Source: Octopus vulgaris
Lineage: Eukaryota
DNA: 64,000 nt
Direction: 5' to 3'
Assembly (NCBI GenBank): GCA_951406725.2
Contig: OX597830.1
Coordinates: forward strand, 69,502,001-69,566,000
The position numbers and the translations under genes are program-made. The notes beneath the pieces are model-generated. The model was not told the DNA's origin and ran no database searches. It saw only the letters and a list, made by a program, of their open reading frames with translations. Each line of letters starts with the position of its first letter. The stretch's first letter is position 1. Of this stretch, positions 42,535 through 55,399 are shown one piece after another.

Positions 42535-42900
42535 TATTCTCTGTAAAAAGTACACGAAAATTTTTTTAAGAAAATATCCTGCACCCATCAATAGGAGAAA
42601 TGTGCTTCTCCATGATAGTACAAGACCACATTTAGTAAGAATCATACAGGATAAAATATTGGATTTATGCTGGTCTGTTCTACTCCCTCCACTGTTTTCA
42701 CCAGACCTTGCACCAACTGATTTCCATCATTTTTGCTCTCAAGAAAATGCTCTGATGAGGAATAAAATTTTCTCAAGAAGACCAGGTGATAAAATATGTG
42801 AAAAGATTCTTCATGTTGAAGCCAGCAAAATTTTTACTTGAGAGGAATCAAAGTAGTAAATGGTAAGAGGTCATTCAAAATAATGGCACCTATACTGATA
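42535..42900 (+). pseudogene. Mariner transposase C-terminal fragment
   Basis: LLHDSTRPH..WSVLLPPLFSPDLAPTDFH, matching the HDNA.PH and YSPDLAP.D motifs. Confidence 0.8.
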
Positions 42901-43218
42901 ATCATGTGAAAGCATGTGGCTCAATGGTTAGAGCATTGGTTGCTCAATCATGAGGTAGTGAGTTTGATTCCTAGGCCGGACTGTGTATTGTGTTCTCGAG
43001 CAAGGCACTTTATTTCAAGTCGTTCGAGTTCATTCAGCTGTAGCCTTTGTTTTTCCTTTGGATAACAGCAGTGGTGTGGAGAGGGGAGGGTGGAATGAAT
43101 GGGTAACTCCAGGTCTTCCATAAAACAACCTTGCCCAGACTATCAAGATTTTACCTTTATACTGACAATAGAAAATAATTCTTTGTAAATTCTGAGTAAA
43201 GGTGTTTAACAAAACTGA

Positions 43219-43531
43219 ATATGGCTAACCACAAAGTGGGGGTGTTACAGTCAGTTTTTCGAAATCAGTGACAGACATCACTAGAAAAACTCTTATATAT
43301 TTGCAAAGCAAGCCTTGCCTTTCATCGTGACCTGGTGGTTACAGCCCGTTGATAAGAGACAATAATCTCGAAAACGCGGTCCGGTGCGTATCACTAAGGC
43401 TTACGAGGAAGGGAAGGCTTCCCTTTGCAAATACCTGAAGGGCACAGAAAGTGTGTCTAAAGCCAGCTGGAGACGTCGATCTCCTGGGGCTAAAAGCTAC
43501 AGTAACACCCCCACTTTGTGGTTAGCCATAT
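43219..43531 (+). mobile_element. TIR-bounded hammerhead-containing element (family H1)
   Basis: Perfect 30-bp TIRs, TGA direct flanks, central hammerhead fold. Confidence 0.75.
43344..43387 (+). ncRNA. Minimal type I hammerhead ribozyme motif (U3:A8 variant)
   Basis: gcccg-TTGATAA-GAGA-caataa-TCTC-GAAA-acgcgg-TC|cggtgc; predicted cleavage after 43381. Confidence 0.65.
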
Positions 43532-43914
43532 TGAGATGGCTTTTATACTTTACGTTGTTGAGCGGTTACTGTTTACATCTCGCTCTGAGATTTAATAATG
43601 CTATATATATATATATATATAATAATAATGATAATAATAATAATAATAATAATAATAATATGAGGGAATATTATTACAAACTTACAGGGAAAAATTCAAT
43701 TTAGAAATACTAAATCAAATTTCACAAAATATAATTTATATATATATAACTTAGAAAAGAAAAACCCACCTTTTATCAATTCAATGATGAAAAATTAAAT
43801 TATACCATTTAAAAAAATTACATATTATAGAAAGAATAAATATAAGATATAAAACATATAACAATGATTAAGTAATGTACAAAATAGTAAATAAAACATA
43901 TATATATAAAAAAA

Positions 43915-44433
43915 TCAAAAAAATGAAAAAATCAAAAATCAAAATCGATCAACATGAATGAAAATTGTCGCTGTGATATCAGTGCTGGTGGCACATAAGA
44001 GAACCATCCGAACGTGGCCATTGCTAGTGCCGCCCTGACTGGCTTCCATGCCGGTGGCACGTAAAAAGCACCATCCAATCGTGACCGTTTGCCAGCCTCG
44101 CCTGGCCTCTATGCCGGTGGCACGTAAAAAGCACCATCCGACCGTGGCCGTTTGCCAGCCTCGCCTGGCCCCCGTGCCGGTGGCACGTAAAAAGCACCAT
44201 CCGACCGTGGCCGTTTGCCAGACTTGTCTGGCACCTGTGCAGGTGGCACGTAAAAGGCACCCACTACACTCATGGAGTGGTTGGCGTTAGGAAGGGCATC
44301 CAGCAGTAGAAAATCATGCCAAATCAGACTGGGCCTGGTGCAGCCTTCTGGCTTCCCAGACCCCAGTTGAACTGTCCAACCCATGCTAGCATGGAAAGCG
44401 GACACTAAACGATGATGATGATGAAGATGATGA
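43915..44433 (+). mobile_element. RTE-X-like LINE 3' UTR (family B)
   Basis: (AAAATC)n start, 4-5 tandem units and (GAT)n tail. Confidence 0.8.
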
Positions 44434-44644
44434 TATATAAAAGCTCCCCATAGCTCTTCACAACATCAATATTATTCTTCATCAGTTTGGTATTCAGTGC
44501 ATAGTTTCCTGTTGCTGGTGACCTGCAATAAGGTGAAATCACATGCTACAGTGGTGCCATCTACCAGTACTAACCAAATCTAGTGAACTAACAGAGTTTC
44601 AAACCTTTTTAGGGTTTGTCATCTATACAAAATGATTTTTGTGG

Positions 44645-45047
44645 GACCGCCGCCTCGACTGGCTTCTGTGCCGGTGGCACAAAGAAGCACCATCCGAACA
44701 TGGCCAATGCCAACGCTGCCTCAACTGGCTCCAGTGCCAGTGGCACATAAAAAGCACCATCCGAACGTGGCCGATGCCAGCGCCGACTTCCGTGCCGGTG
44801 GCACGTTAAAAGCATCAACCGATCGTGGCCGATGCCGGACCCCCCTGGCACCTGTGCAGGTGGCACGTAAAAAGCACCCACTACACTCGCGGAGTGGTTG
44901 GCGTTAGGAAGGGCATCCAGCTGTAGAAACTCTGCCAGATCAAACTGGAGCCTGGTGCAGCCCCCGGCTTCCCAGACCCCGGTCGAACCGTCCAACCCGT
45001 GCTAGCGCGGAAAAAGGACGTTAAGCGATGATGATGATGATGATGAT
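44645..45047 (+). mobile_element. RTE-X-like LINE 3' UTR (family B)
   Basis: Tandem gtgcc-ggt-ggcac units, aggaagggcatccagc and (GAT)n tail. Confidence 0.8.
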
Positions 45048-45054
45048 ATACATA

Positions 45055-45205
45055 TCCTGAAAAAGACAGGATGCCCTGAAAATTTTTGAGAATGCTTAGA
45101 CAGTTTCATGACAAGATAGAAGTGAGAGTTAATGTTGGAGGTATCTTATCGGATCCAATATCTGTAGAAAATGGTGTAAAACAAGGTAATATTCCTGCTC
45201 CCATG
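45055..45205 (+). pseudogene. RTE reverse transcriptase fragment
   Basis: LKKTGCP..HDKIEVRVNVGGILSDPISVENGVKQGNIPAP (GVKQG motif). Confidence 0.65.
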
Positions 45206-45307
45206 AGAAATGAGTTGCAATGTCACTGGTTCAAAGCTATATCAACCTAGCTAGCTAGGTTGATATAGCTTTCAACCAGATATAGCTTGGAACCATAGCT
45301 AGATAGG

Positions 45308-45343
<36 letters not shown>

Positions 45344-45345
<2 letters not shown>

Positions 45346-45801
45346 TGTTTCTTTATTAGCCACACAGGGCTGCACACAGACGAGACAAATTACAAGGTAG
45401 AGCCTTTCTTTTTGGGGATAAAAAAAGGGGGTTTGGTTTTCGATCAAAAGGGATCGTAAAAGGAAAGAAAGAGGAAAGCAAAAATAAAAGGGGGGGGGAT
45501 AAAATGAAAAAGAAAAAATCGATCAATAGGGATCATTATCACAGAAATGTCAATATAAAGTGTAAAGGGGAGGACAGGTGAGGTTTACCCGTGGAAAGAA
45601 AAGCCAACGGAAAAGACCGCGGTAACCTCGGTCAATGAACTCACATGTTATATTTTTTTACAAATAAGCAACTCTCTGTATTAATTTTTACGGTTCATAG
45701 GATCATGGTCAAGGGGGCTTCGTTATTCATACGTGCTATCCTTGCTACATTCACCCATCTTTTTTTAAAACATTCACTAGACAAAACTTGCCTCTCTACT
45801 C
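45344..45801 (-). mobile_element. LINE 3' end (probably Tx1/L1 group) embedded in (GATA)n
   Basis: Minus-strand ORF end RVERQVLSSECFKKRWVNVAR..*, T-rich 3' UTR ending aataaagaaacata, (GATA)n on both sides. A second internally deleted copy lies at 45946-46134. Confidence 0.55.
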
Positions 45802-45947
<146 letters not shown>

Positions 45948-46134
45948 TGTTTCTTTATTAGCCACACAGGGCTGCACACAGACGAGACAAATTACAAGGT
46001 AGAGCTTTAAAAATCGATCAATAGGGATCATTATCACAGAAATGTCAATATAAAGACATGTTATATTTTTTTACAAATAAGCAACTCTCTGTATTAATTT
46101 TTACGGTTCATTGGATCATGGTCAAGGGGGCTTC

Positions 46135-46209
<75 letters not shown>

Positions 46210-46699
46210 AGAGAGTGAGGTGGAGTTGTTTATTTACTTTATGCACCAGTAATATTGTAACAACTATAATGTGTCACCTCATTTATGATCTTAGTGATTT
46301 TAATCGATTTTTATCAATCCCACCCAACACGGTACTTATTTTATCGAACTCTTATTTGCTGACCATTAACTGGCCATAAAGGGACAAAGCTTACACACAC
46401 ACACATTTATATATATATATATATAATGAAAATATGATGTAAATAATGTATATTTAAGACGAGCTGTCTGCACAACTTCCGTTCTGTCTACCAAATTCTA
46501 TTGATAACTGACAACAGCCAGCCCTAGGCTATGGAACAGACAGGCCCTCTTTGAAAAATTTTGTCATGAGCTCCGAATTAATTCTCAATTAGTTCTGGAT
46601 CTGCTTCTGTGAAAATCGTTCGGACGAAGTGAAATGTGCCCCTGTTTATATATATACACACGCGACCGCACACACATACATATAGATGATGTACATAAA

Positions 46700-47865
<1,166 letters not shown>

Positions 47866-47872
47866 TTTATTT

Positions 47873-48009
47873 ATTTATTTTATAGAAGGAGCTTCTACAG
47901 GACTAGAACTGTTTCATTCAAAAGAAATCATCAGGAAGCCAGGCTTCCTGATGATTTCTTTTGAATGAAACAGGTCTAGTCCTGTAGAAGCTCCTTCTAT
48001 AAAATAAAT
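47873..48009. repeat. Near-perfect palindrome (68-bp arms, 1-nt spacer) with a hammerhead-like core on each strand
   Basis: One mismatch between arms; the right arm reads CTGATGA-tttcttttgaat-GAAA-cagg-TC. Confidence 0.85.
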
Positions 48010-48077
48010 TAATTTACTCTGCTATGTATTGAGTACCTTATTTACTGTGGTTAACCCCGACTCAACCCGGGACCTAC

Positions 48078-48117
<40 letters not shown>

Positions 48118-48424
48118 TTCCATGTATATAAATACTTATATAAAGTTTGTTTTATTTTGAATTAAAAAGTCGGGGACACACACACAAACACATGTATGTA
48201 ATATATAAAGCATGTGTGTAAATACATTGTATGAATATATAGAGAAAGAGAGAGACAAGCAGAAAGGGTGAAAGAGAGAAAGAGCGAGAGGGGCGTGCAT
48301 CTATACATAAACGCACGTACACAAACCATTTTAGTTCGAGACTCACACACGCACATAAATAAATTGATACATAAAATAAATAAACGAACAACATAGAAAT
48401 TTAAAGTTTGTATAAAGTACTTAC

Positions 48425-48960
48425 TGCTGTCATGATCGGAGAAAAAAATTGAACGGTAGGTTGTCGACCCGATTGAGTTCTCTTATCTGCTCTGGTCTCC
48501 GTCAGTGTTTTAAGGACGAAATATTATGTTTCGCTGTTGTGTTCGTCAAGATATTGCTTTATACATACAATGTTCATTCAAAGCTTACACGCGGTTATGA
48601 CTACTACGATACGACAGCGCGTACTTGCTTCAATCACCTGTGACGTTATTACCCTGACTGTCACATAAACTCTTGGGAGTTTTTTCACAGACGGGCAACT
48701 TTCACTAGAATGTTTTCTCAATTAAAAAGCAGTCGATCTCAACCAATTGACACTTATGAATAATACTACGATAATAATATCATTTTCAATAGTATTCGAA
48801 TCACGATGTTTGTTTGTGTTTTGGCATTTCTTTTGTTTTGTGGGTGTGTAAGGGAAACACAAGTTCTGACGTAGTTCATATAAACAATTCCTTCACCGCC
48901 ACGTCAGTGAAGCAATTACCCACTGAAAACGAGTTCAAAACTTCGTTCTTTTTTTTTCTT
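48425..48960 (-). promoter_or_regulatory. CpG-rich promoter / first-exon-like region
   Basis: Non-repetitive and visibly CpG-rich relative to flanks. TGACGT at 48641 and 48867, TGACGTGGC (minus) at 48898-48906, CCAAT at 48743. Minus-strand donor ATGACAGCA|gtaagt at 48425. Confidence 0.45.
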
Positions 48961-49278
48961 TCTTTCTTTCTTTTGGATCAACTTTCTTGGGGGGCAGTCA
49001 ACATTTTCAATTTTGATCTGTACGTTTCTAACAGAAAGTGAAATACTTTTTCCTTTTGTTATTTTTATAGCATTTTAATAGTATTTTTGGTATGGTGAGT
49101 GGGTACAAAGGGGAGATTTTTTCAGCGTTATTGACTTTCAGAAACAAAATATATTTTTACAAATGTAACTGTGCGATAAGGGGCTTGCTTCCCCCACTAC
49201 ATGGTTTCAGGTTCAGTCCTACCGCCCTACATGGTTCCAGGTTCAGTCCCACCGCACTACATGGTTCCAGGTTCAGTC

Positions 49279-49525
49279 CCACCGCACTACATGGTTCTGC
49301 GAGCTAGCAGAATCGTTAGCACGTCGGGCGAAATGCTTAGCGGTATTTCGTCTGCCGCTACGTTGTGAGTTCAAATTCCGCCGAGGTCGACTTTGCTTTT
49401 CATCCTTTCGGGGTCGATAAATTAAGTACCAGTTAAGCACTGGGGTCGATATAATCGACTTAATACCTATGTCTGTCCATGTTTGTCTCCTCTATGTTCA
49501 GCCCCTTGTGGGTAATAAAGAAATA
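49279..49525 (+). mobile_element. SINE family C inserted in the minisatellite
   Basis: Young, CpG-intact copy gcgagctagcagaatcgttagc...aataaagaaata. Confidence 0.85.
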
Positions 49526-52016
49526 GGTTCCAGGTCCAGTCCCACCACACTACATGGTTCCAGGTTCAGTCCCACCACACTACATGGTTCCAGGTTCAGT
49601 CCCACCACACTACATGGTTCCAGGTTCAGTCCCACCACACTACATGGTTCCAGGTTCAGTCCAACCACACTACATGGTTCCCGGTTCAGTCCAACCACAC
49701 TACATGGTTCCAGGTTCAGTCCCACCTCACTACATGGTTCCAGGTTCAGTCCACTACACTACATGGTTCCAGGTTCAGTCCCACCTCACTACATGGTTCC
49801 AGGTTCAGTCCCACCGCACTACATGGTTCCAGGTTCAGTCCCACCACACTACATGGTTCCAGATTCAGTCCCACCTCACTACATGGTTCCAGGTTCAGTC
49901 CCACCACACTACATGGTTCCAGGTTCAGTCCCACCTCACTACATGGTTCCAGGTTCAGTCCCACCACACTACATGGTTTCAGGTTCAGTCCCACCACACT
50001 ACATGGGTCCAGGTTCAGTCCCACCATACTACGTGGTTCCAGGTTCAGTCCCAACGCACTACATGGTTCCATGTTCAGTCCCACCACACTACATGGTTCC
50101 AGGTTCAGTCCCACCGCCCTACATGGTTCCAAGTTCAGTCCCACCACACTACATGGTTCCAGGTTCAGTCCCACAACACTACATGGTTCCAGGTTCAGTC
50201 CCACCACACTACATGGTTCCAGGTTCAGTCCCACAACACTACATGGTTCCAGGTTCAGTCCCACAACACTACATGGTTCCAGGTTCAGTCCCACCACACT
50301 ACATGGTTCCAGGTTTAGTCCCACAACACTATATCGTTCCAGGTTCAGTCCCACCACACTACATGGTTCCAGGTTCAGTCCCACCTCACTACATGGTTCC
50401 AGGTTCAGTCCCACCACCCTATATGGTTCCATGTTCAGTCCCACAACACTACATGGTTCCAGGTTCAGTCCCACAACACTACTTGGTTCCAGGTTCAGTC
50501 CCACCACACTACATGGTTCCAGGTTCAGTCCCACCCCACTACATGGTTCCAAGTTCAGTCCCACAACACTACATGGTTCCAGGTTCAGTCCCACCACACT
50601 ACATAGTTCCAGGTTCAGTCCCACCACACTACATGGTTCCAGGTTCAGTCCCACCACACTACATGGTTCCAGGTTCAGTCCCACCTCACTACAGGGTTCC
50701 AGGTTCAGTCCCACCACACTACATGGTTCCAAGTTCAGTCCCACCACACTACATGGTTCCAGGTTCAGTCCCACAACACTACATAGTTGGTTCCAGGTTC
50801 AGTCCCACCACACTACATGGTTCCAGGTTCAGTCCCACCACACTACATGGTTCCAGGTTCAGTCCCACAACACTACATAGTTGGTTCCAGGTTCAGTCCC
50901 ACCACACTACATGGTTCCAGGTTCAGTCCCACTACACTACATGGTTCCAGGTTCAGTCCCACCTCACTACATGGTTCCAAGTTCAGTCCCACCACACTAC
51001 ATGGTTCCAGGTTCAGTCCCACTACACTACATGGTTCCAGGTTCAGTCCCACAACACTACATGGTTCCAGGTTCAGTCCCACCACACTACATAGTTGGTT
51101 CCAGGTTCAGTCCCACCACACTACATGGTTCCAGGTTCAGTCCCACCACACTACATGGTTCCAGGTTCAGTCCCACCTCACTACATGGTTCCAGGTTCAG
51201 TCCCACCACACTACATGGTTCCAGGTTGAGTCCCACCACACTACATGGTTCCAGGTTCAGTCCCACAACACTACATGGTTCCAGTTTCAGTCCCACCACA
51301 CTACATAGTTGGTTCCAGGTTCAGTCCCACCACACTACATGGTTCCAGGTTCAGTCCCACCACACTACATGGTTCCAGGTTCAGTCCCACCTCACTACAT
51401 GGTTCCAAGTTCAGTCCCACCACACTACATGGTTGGTTCCAGTTTGAGTCCCACCACACTACATGGTTCCAGGTTCAGTCCCACAACACTACATGGTTCC
51501 ATGTTCAGTCCCACTACACTACATGGTTCCAAGTTCAGTCCCACCACACTACATGGTTCCAGGTTCAGTCCCACCTCACTACATGGTTCCAGGTTCAGTC
51601 CCACCTCACTACATGGTTCCAAGTTCAGTCCCACCACACTACATGGTTGGTTCCAGGTTCAGTCCCACCACACTACATGGTTCCAAGTTCAGTCCCACCA
51701 CACTACATGGTTCCAGGTTCAGTCCCACCTCACTACATGGTTCCAAGTTCAGTCCCACCACACTACATGGTTCCAGGTTCAGTCCCACCTCACTACCTGG
51801 TTCCAAGTTCAGTCCCACCACACTACATGGTTCCAGGTTCAGTCCCACCACACTACATGGTTCCAGGTTCAGTCCCACCTCACTACCTGGTTCCAAGTTC
51901 AGTCCCACCACACTACATGGTTCCAGGTTCAGTCCCACAACACTACATGGTTCCAGGTTCAGTACCACCACACTACATGGTTCCAGGTTCAGTCCCACAA
52001 CACTACATGGTTCCAT
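49526..52016 (+). repeat. 30-bp minisatellite (CATGGTTCCAGGTTCAGTCCCACCACACTA) x ~83
   Basis: Directly visible; 34-bp variant units create a 214-bp higher-order period. Confidence 0.97.
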
Positions 52017-52674
52017 GTTTGCGTGTATGTGTTTGTCCCCAACATCACTTGACAACCAATGCTGGTGTGTTTATGTCCCTGTCACTTAGTGGTTTGGCAA
52101 AAGAGACAGATAGAATAAGTACTAGGCTTACAAAGGATAAGTCCTAGGGTTCGATTTGCTCGACTAAAGGTGGTGCTCCACCATGGCCACAGTCACATGA
52201 CTGAAACATGTAAAAGAGTAAAAGAGTAAAAGAGAGTCATCTGAGTTCCAAACTAGGGGGAAAATAACAAAAAATTAGAAATTACTCCTTCTACCCAGTT
52301 ACTAATTTAGCCCAGCTCCTATAACTTTAGGATAGTAGGGAGAAGGCGGGGATCTGCAATTATCTAAGATCAATGAGAATGCTGGAATTGATTGATGTAC
52401 CACCTGAACATTTGTATATAGATCAATATCTTCAGGTAAAATGTCAGTGGTGAGTGAGTGTATCGAACAAAGTATTGACTAAAGGCCTCAAATGTTGTTG
52501 TTTTTATTTAACCCCTGGCCAACCCTGATCGAACAGGTCTATGATCAAAGAAATTCCAACCATGACCACCCGACTTTTTCTTATGTGCTGGAAACAAAAA
52601 CTACATTATCTAATATCATTTTTGTTTAAGACAGTCTGCAATATTAATGGAATTTAGTCACTATTTCTAGTATA

Positions 52675-52847
52675 TAGGTGCAGGCGTTGCTGTGTAATAA
52701 GAAGTTTGCTTTCCAACCACATGGTTCTGGGTTCAATCCAATTGTGTGGCACCTTGGGAAAGTCTCTTCTATGATAACCTTGAGCCAACCAAAGCTTTGA
52801 GTGGATTTGGTAGACAGAAACTGAAAGAAGACCATCGTATATATATA

Positions 52848-52904
<57 letters not shown>

Positions 52905-53100
52905 GTGTGTATATATATATATATCCGCATGTATGTGTGCCTTTGTGTCAGTGTTTGTCCCCCATCACCACTTGACAACCTGTGTTGGTGTGTTTACATC
53001 CCTGTAACTCAATAGTTTGGCAAAAGAGAATGAAAGAATAAATACCAGACTTTAACAAAAATAAAATAATAAGTACTGGGGGTGATACATTCAACTGACT
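52675..53100 (+). mobile_element. SINE family A
   Basis: Head, CORE-like region, (GT)n and body match family A. Confidence 0.75.
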
Positions 53101-53689
53101 TGTCAAATTTTTTCCCTTTAAATACCTGCTGCTAGGCTCCAGCTTGCAGCCCCAGGAAGTTGTCACATGACACTGTCTCAACTTTAACTGACCAATGAAG
53201 GTGCGTAGTCTTAGCCTGCGCATTCTCTAAATGACCATCACCTGTCAGTCAGCGAAGTTAATTCAGTGTCAGCTTGTCTCACCTGGTGATGTTATTTTCT
53301 GCCAGCATGTTATATATATATGTATATATGTATGTATGTATGCATGTATGTATGTATGTATGTATGTATGTATGTATGTATGTATGTATGTATGTATGTA
53401 TGTATATGCACAGATTTGTAAGTTTGTTATATGTATTTGTTCTAATGCAAAAAGTTGCACGTCTAGACATGCTCATATATACTTCAATGATAAATTTCTG
53501 GTAAGTTTTACAGATTTTTACAGTTCCAGTGACGAATTGGATCTGTAGTCTTCAAATCAACTTTCTCCCTTCTGGTTTTGAGAAACCTAATTTCTCAAGA
53601 TTGGTATTTAGGCAGTGTGTTACATATCCCATGGCCCCCAAAATTACAGGTATAAACTTGATGGATGTATGTATGTATGTATGTATGTA

Positions 53690-53897
53690 ATTCGGCAGAA
53701 GGACTTAAATGACATGCAAAGGTACATGAAGCCCAGTTACAACTACAGCCGGCTATTACCGGTAAAGGTTTTAGTTGCCAATTCTGTACAAGACATTGTA
53801 GATCTTTGGCTGGGCTAAAAAGTCACATTCGATCACAGCACCAATAACAGTTAAGCTTCGTGCAATGGCCATACTCGATAACAAGGGGCAGCCATAA
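53690..53897 (+). pseudogene. RTE-clade LINE 3' end with C2H2 finger, in (ATGT)n
   Basis: GFSCQFCTRHCRSLAGLKSHIRSQHQ*, then a short 3' UTR ending ggggcagccat and (ATGT)n. Confidence 0.7.
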
Positions 53898-53905
53898 TGT
53901 ATGTA

Positions 53906-53936
<31 letters not shown>

Positions 53937-54197
53937 ATGTATGTATGTATGTATGTATGTATGTATGTATGTATGTGTGTGTGTATGTGTGTGTGTGTGT
54001 ATGTATGTATGTGTGAATGTATCAGTAATGCTGGTGCCATGTAGAAAGCACCCAGTACACTTTGCAAAGTGACTTTAGGAAGGACATCCAGTTGTAGAAA
54101 CCATGGCAAAACAAACGCTGGAGCTTGATGCGGTCATCTGGTTCAACAGCTCCATACATCCTATACTAGCATAGAAAACAGAATTTCAATGGTGATA

Positions 54198-54425
54198 GGC
54201 GAGCTGGCAGAACCGTTAGCACGCCGGGCAAAATGCGTAGCCGTATTTCGTCTGCCGTTACGTTCTGGGTTCAAATTCCGCCGAGGTCGACTTTGCCTTT
54301 CATCCTTTCGGGGTCGATAAATTAAGTACCAGTTACGCACTGGGGTCGATGTAATTGACTTAATCCGTTTGTCAGTCCTTGTTTGTCCCCTCTGTGTTTA
54401 GCCCCTTGTGGGTAGTAAAGAAATA
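54198..54425 (+). mobile_element. SINE family C, full length
   Basis: Matches 33379-33612 and 49279-49525. Confidence 0.85.
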
Positions 54426-54644
54426 AATACTGATGATGATATTTGATGATTCCAAAGTGTCATCAAGTGCTACATTATGCTGTTTCTGCTTTAGGAATAG
54501 CTATTTTTATGACTTGTTGTTGTTTTTGTATTTTTAAGCGTTATGAACAGAAAGGCTTTAAATGGTTTTTATTGTCACATGTATAGAAGCTAGGCCAACC
54601 ACTCGACTTACTAATTGTAAGGTCTCCCTTTCAGCACCTTGTGA

Positions 54645-54975
54645 GACCCCCTTTGGTCACAACACTGACCATGGGATTGCACCTAGAAAGTTACCTTCCC
54701 GGGCACAAGTCCAGGCAAGGTTGTTTATGGAAGACCAGCAGTCGCCCATGCATACCAGCCTCCCCACTCCACGCCACTAATGTTATCCAAGGGAAAGGCA
54801 AGAGCTGATACAGCTTGGCACCTGTGACATCGCAACTCATTTCTACAGCTGAGTGAACTGGAGCAACATGAAATAAAGTGTTTTGCTCAAGAACACAACA
54901 CGCAGCCCAGTACAGGATTCGAGCTCACAACTTCACGATTGTAAGCTTGACGCTCTAACCACTGAGCCATGAGCC
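54645..54975 (-). mobile_element. SINE family E
   Basis: Homologous to 5110-5441. Confidence 0.75.
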
Positions 54976-55399
54976 TTCACTCAGCACCTTCTACAGGGCA
55001 TATTTTTAGCATCATTTTGTGGTCTTGTAGCATCATGAGGACTTGTATGTCAATGGTAACCCCCAACCAGCCAAATACTGCCAAAGTTACCTCTCCTCTC
55101 ACTACCTGCCCATATTGCACCACAAAAGGGACTACAAACCATAGGTGGATGCCATTACCAATGTCCTTCACAGACCTTGAATTTCTTCTTAAATATTTCA
55201 AGATTAGTTTATGGATAGGTGTGTCTCATATACTTTGGGCCTGCACTCTGGCACCATTCTCTTATTTCAAGTCAGCACATGTAGTGCCAAACAACTTTCT
55301 TGTCCTAATAAAAGAGTCTTATTCAATGTGTCTATCAGGACTGTCTTCAATGCTTTCTTGAATGGAACAAGGAAAACCTTCAATAGATTTGGCAAAGTA

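Larger units (their letters stand above)
49170..52235 (+). mobile_element. Single SINE A copy whose head expanded into a minisatellite
   Basis: SINE A head at about 49170-49220, then the array, then SINE A 3' body and tail at 52020-52235. Confidence 0.75.

Noticed and set aside
49526-52016. CRISPR array
   Set aside because: Head-to-tail repeats with no unique spacers, no cas genes, eukaryotic context.
49469-52147. Long ORFs (up to 541 aa) of MVPGSVPPHY / HGSRFSPTTL repeats as a structural protein
   Set aside because: They are open in several frames and on both strands only because the 30-bp unit lacks stops. The unit derives from a SINE head, and frames switch at indels.
52331-52435. Plus-strand 105-nt exon (DSREKAGICNYLRSM...)
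   Set aside because: Splice signals are only moderate, the opposite strand is equally open, and there is no homology or partner exon.
53735-53780. Twister-like ribozyme (gccgg...ccggtaaagg)
   Set aside because: Conserved twister residues and pseudoknots are missing, and the segment lies within the RTE coding frame.
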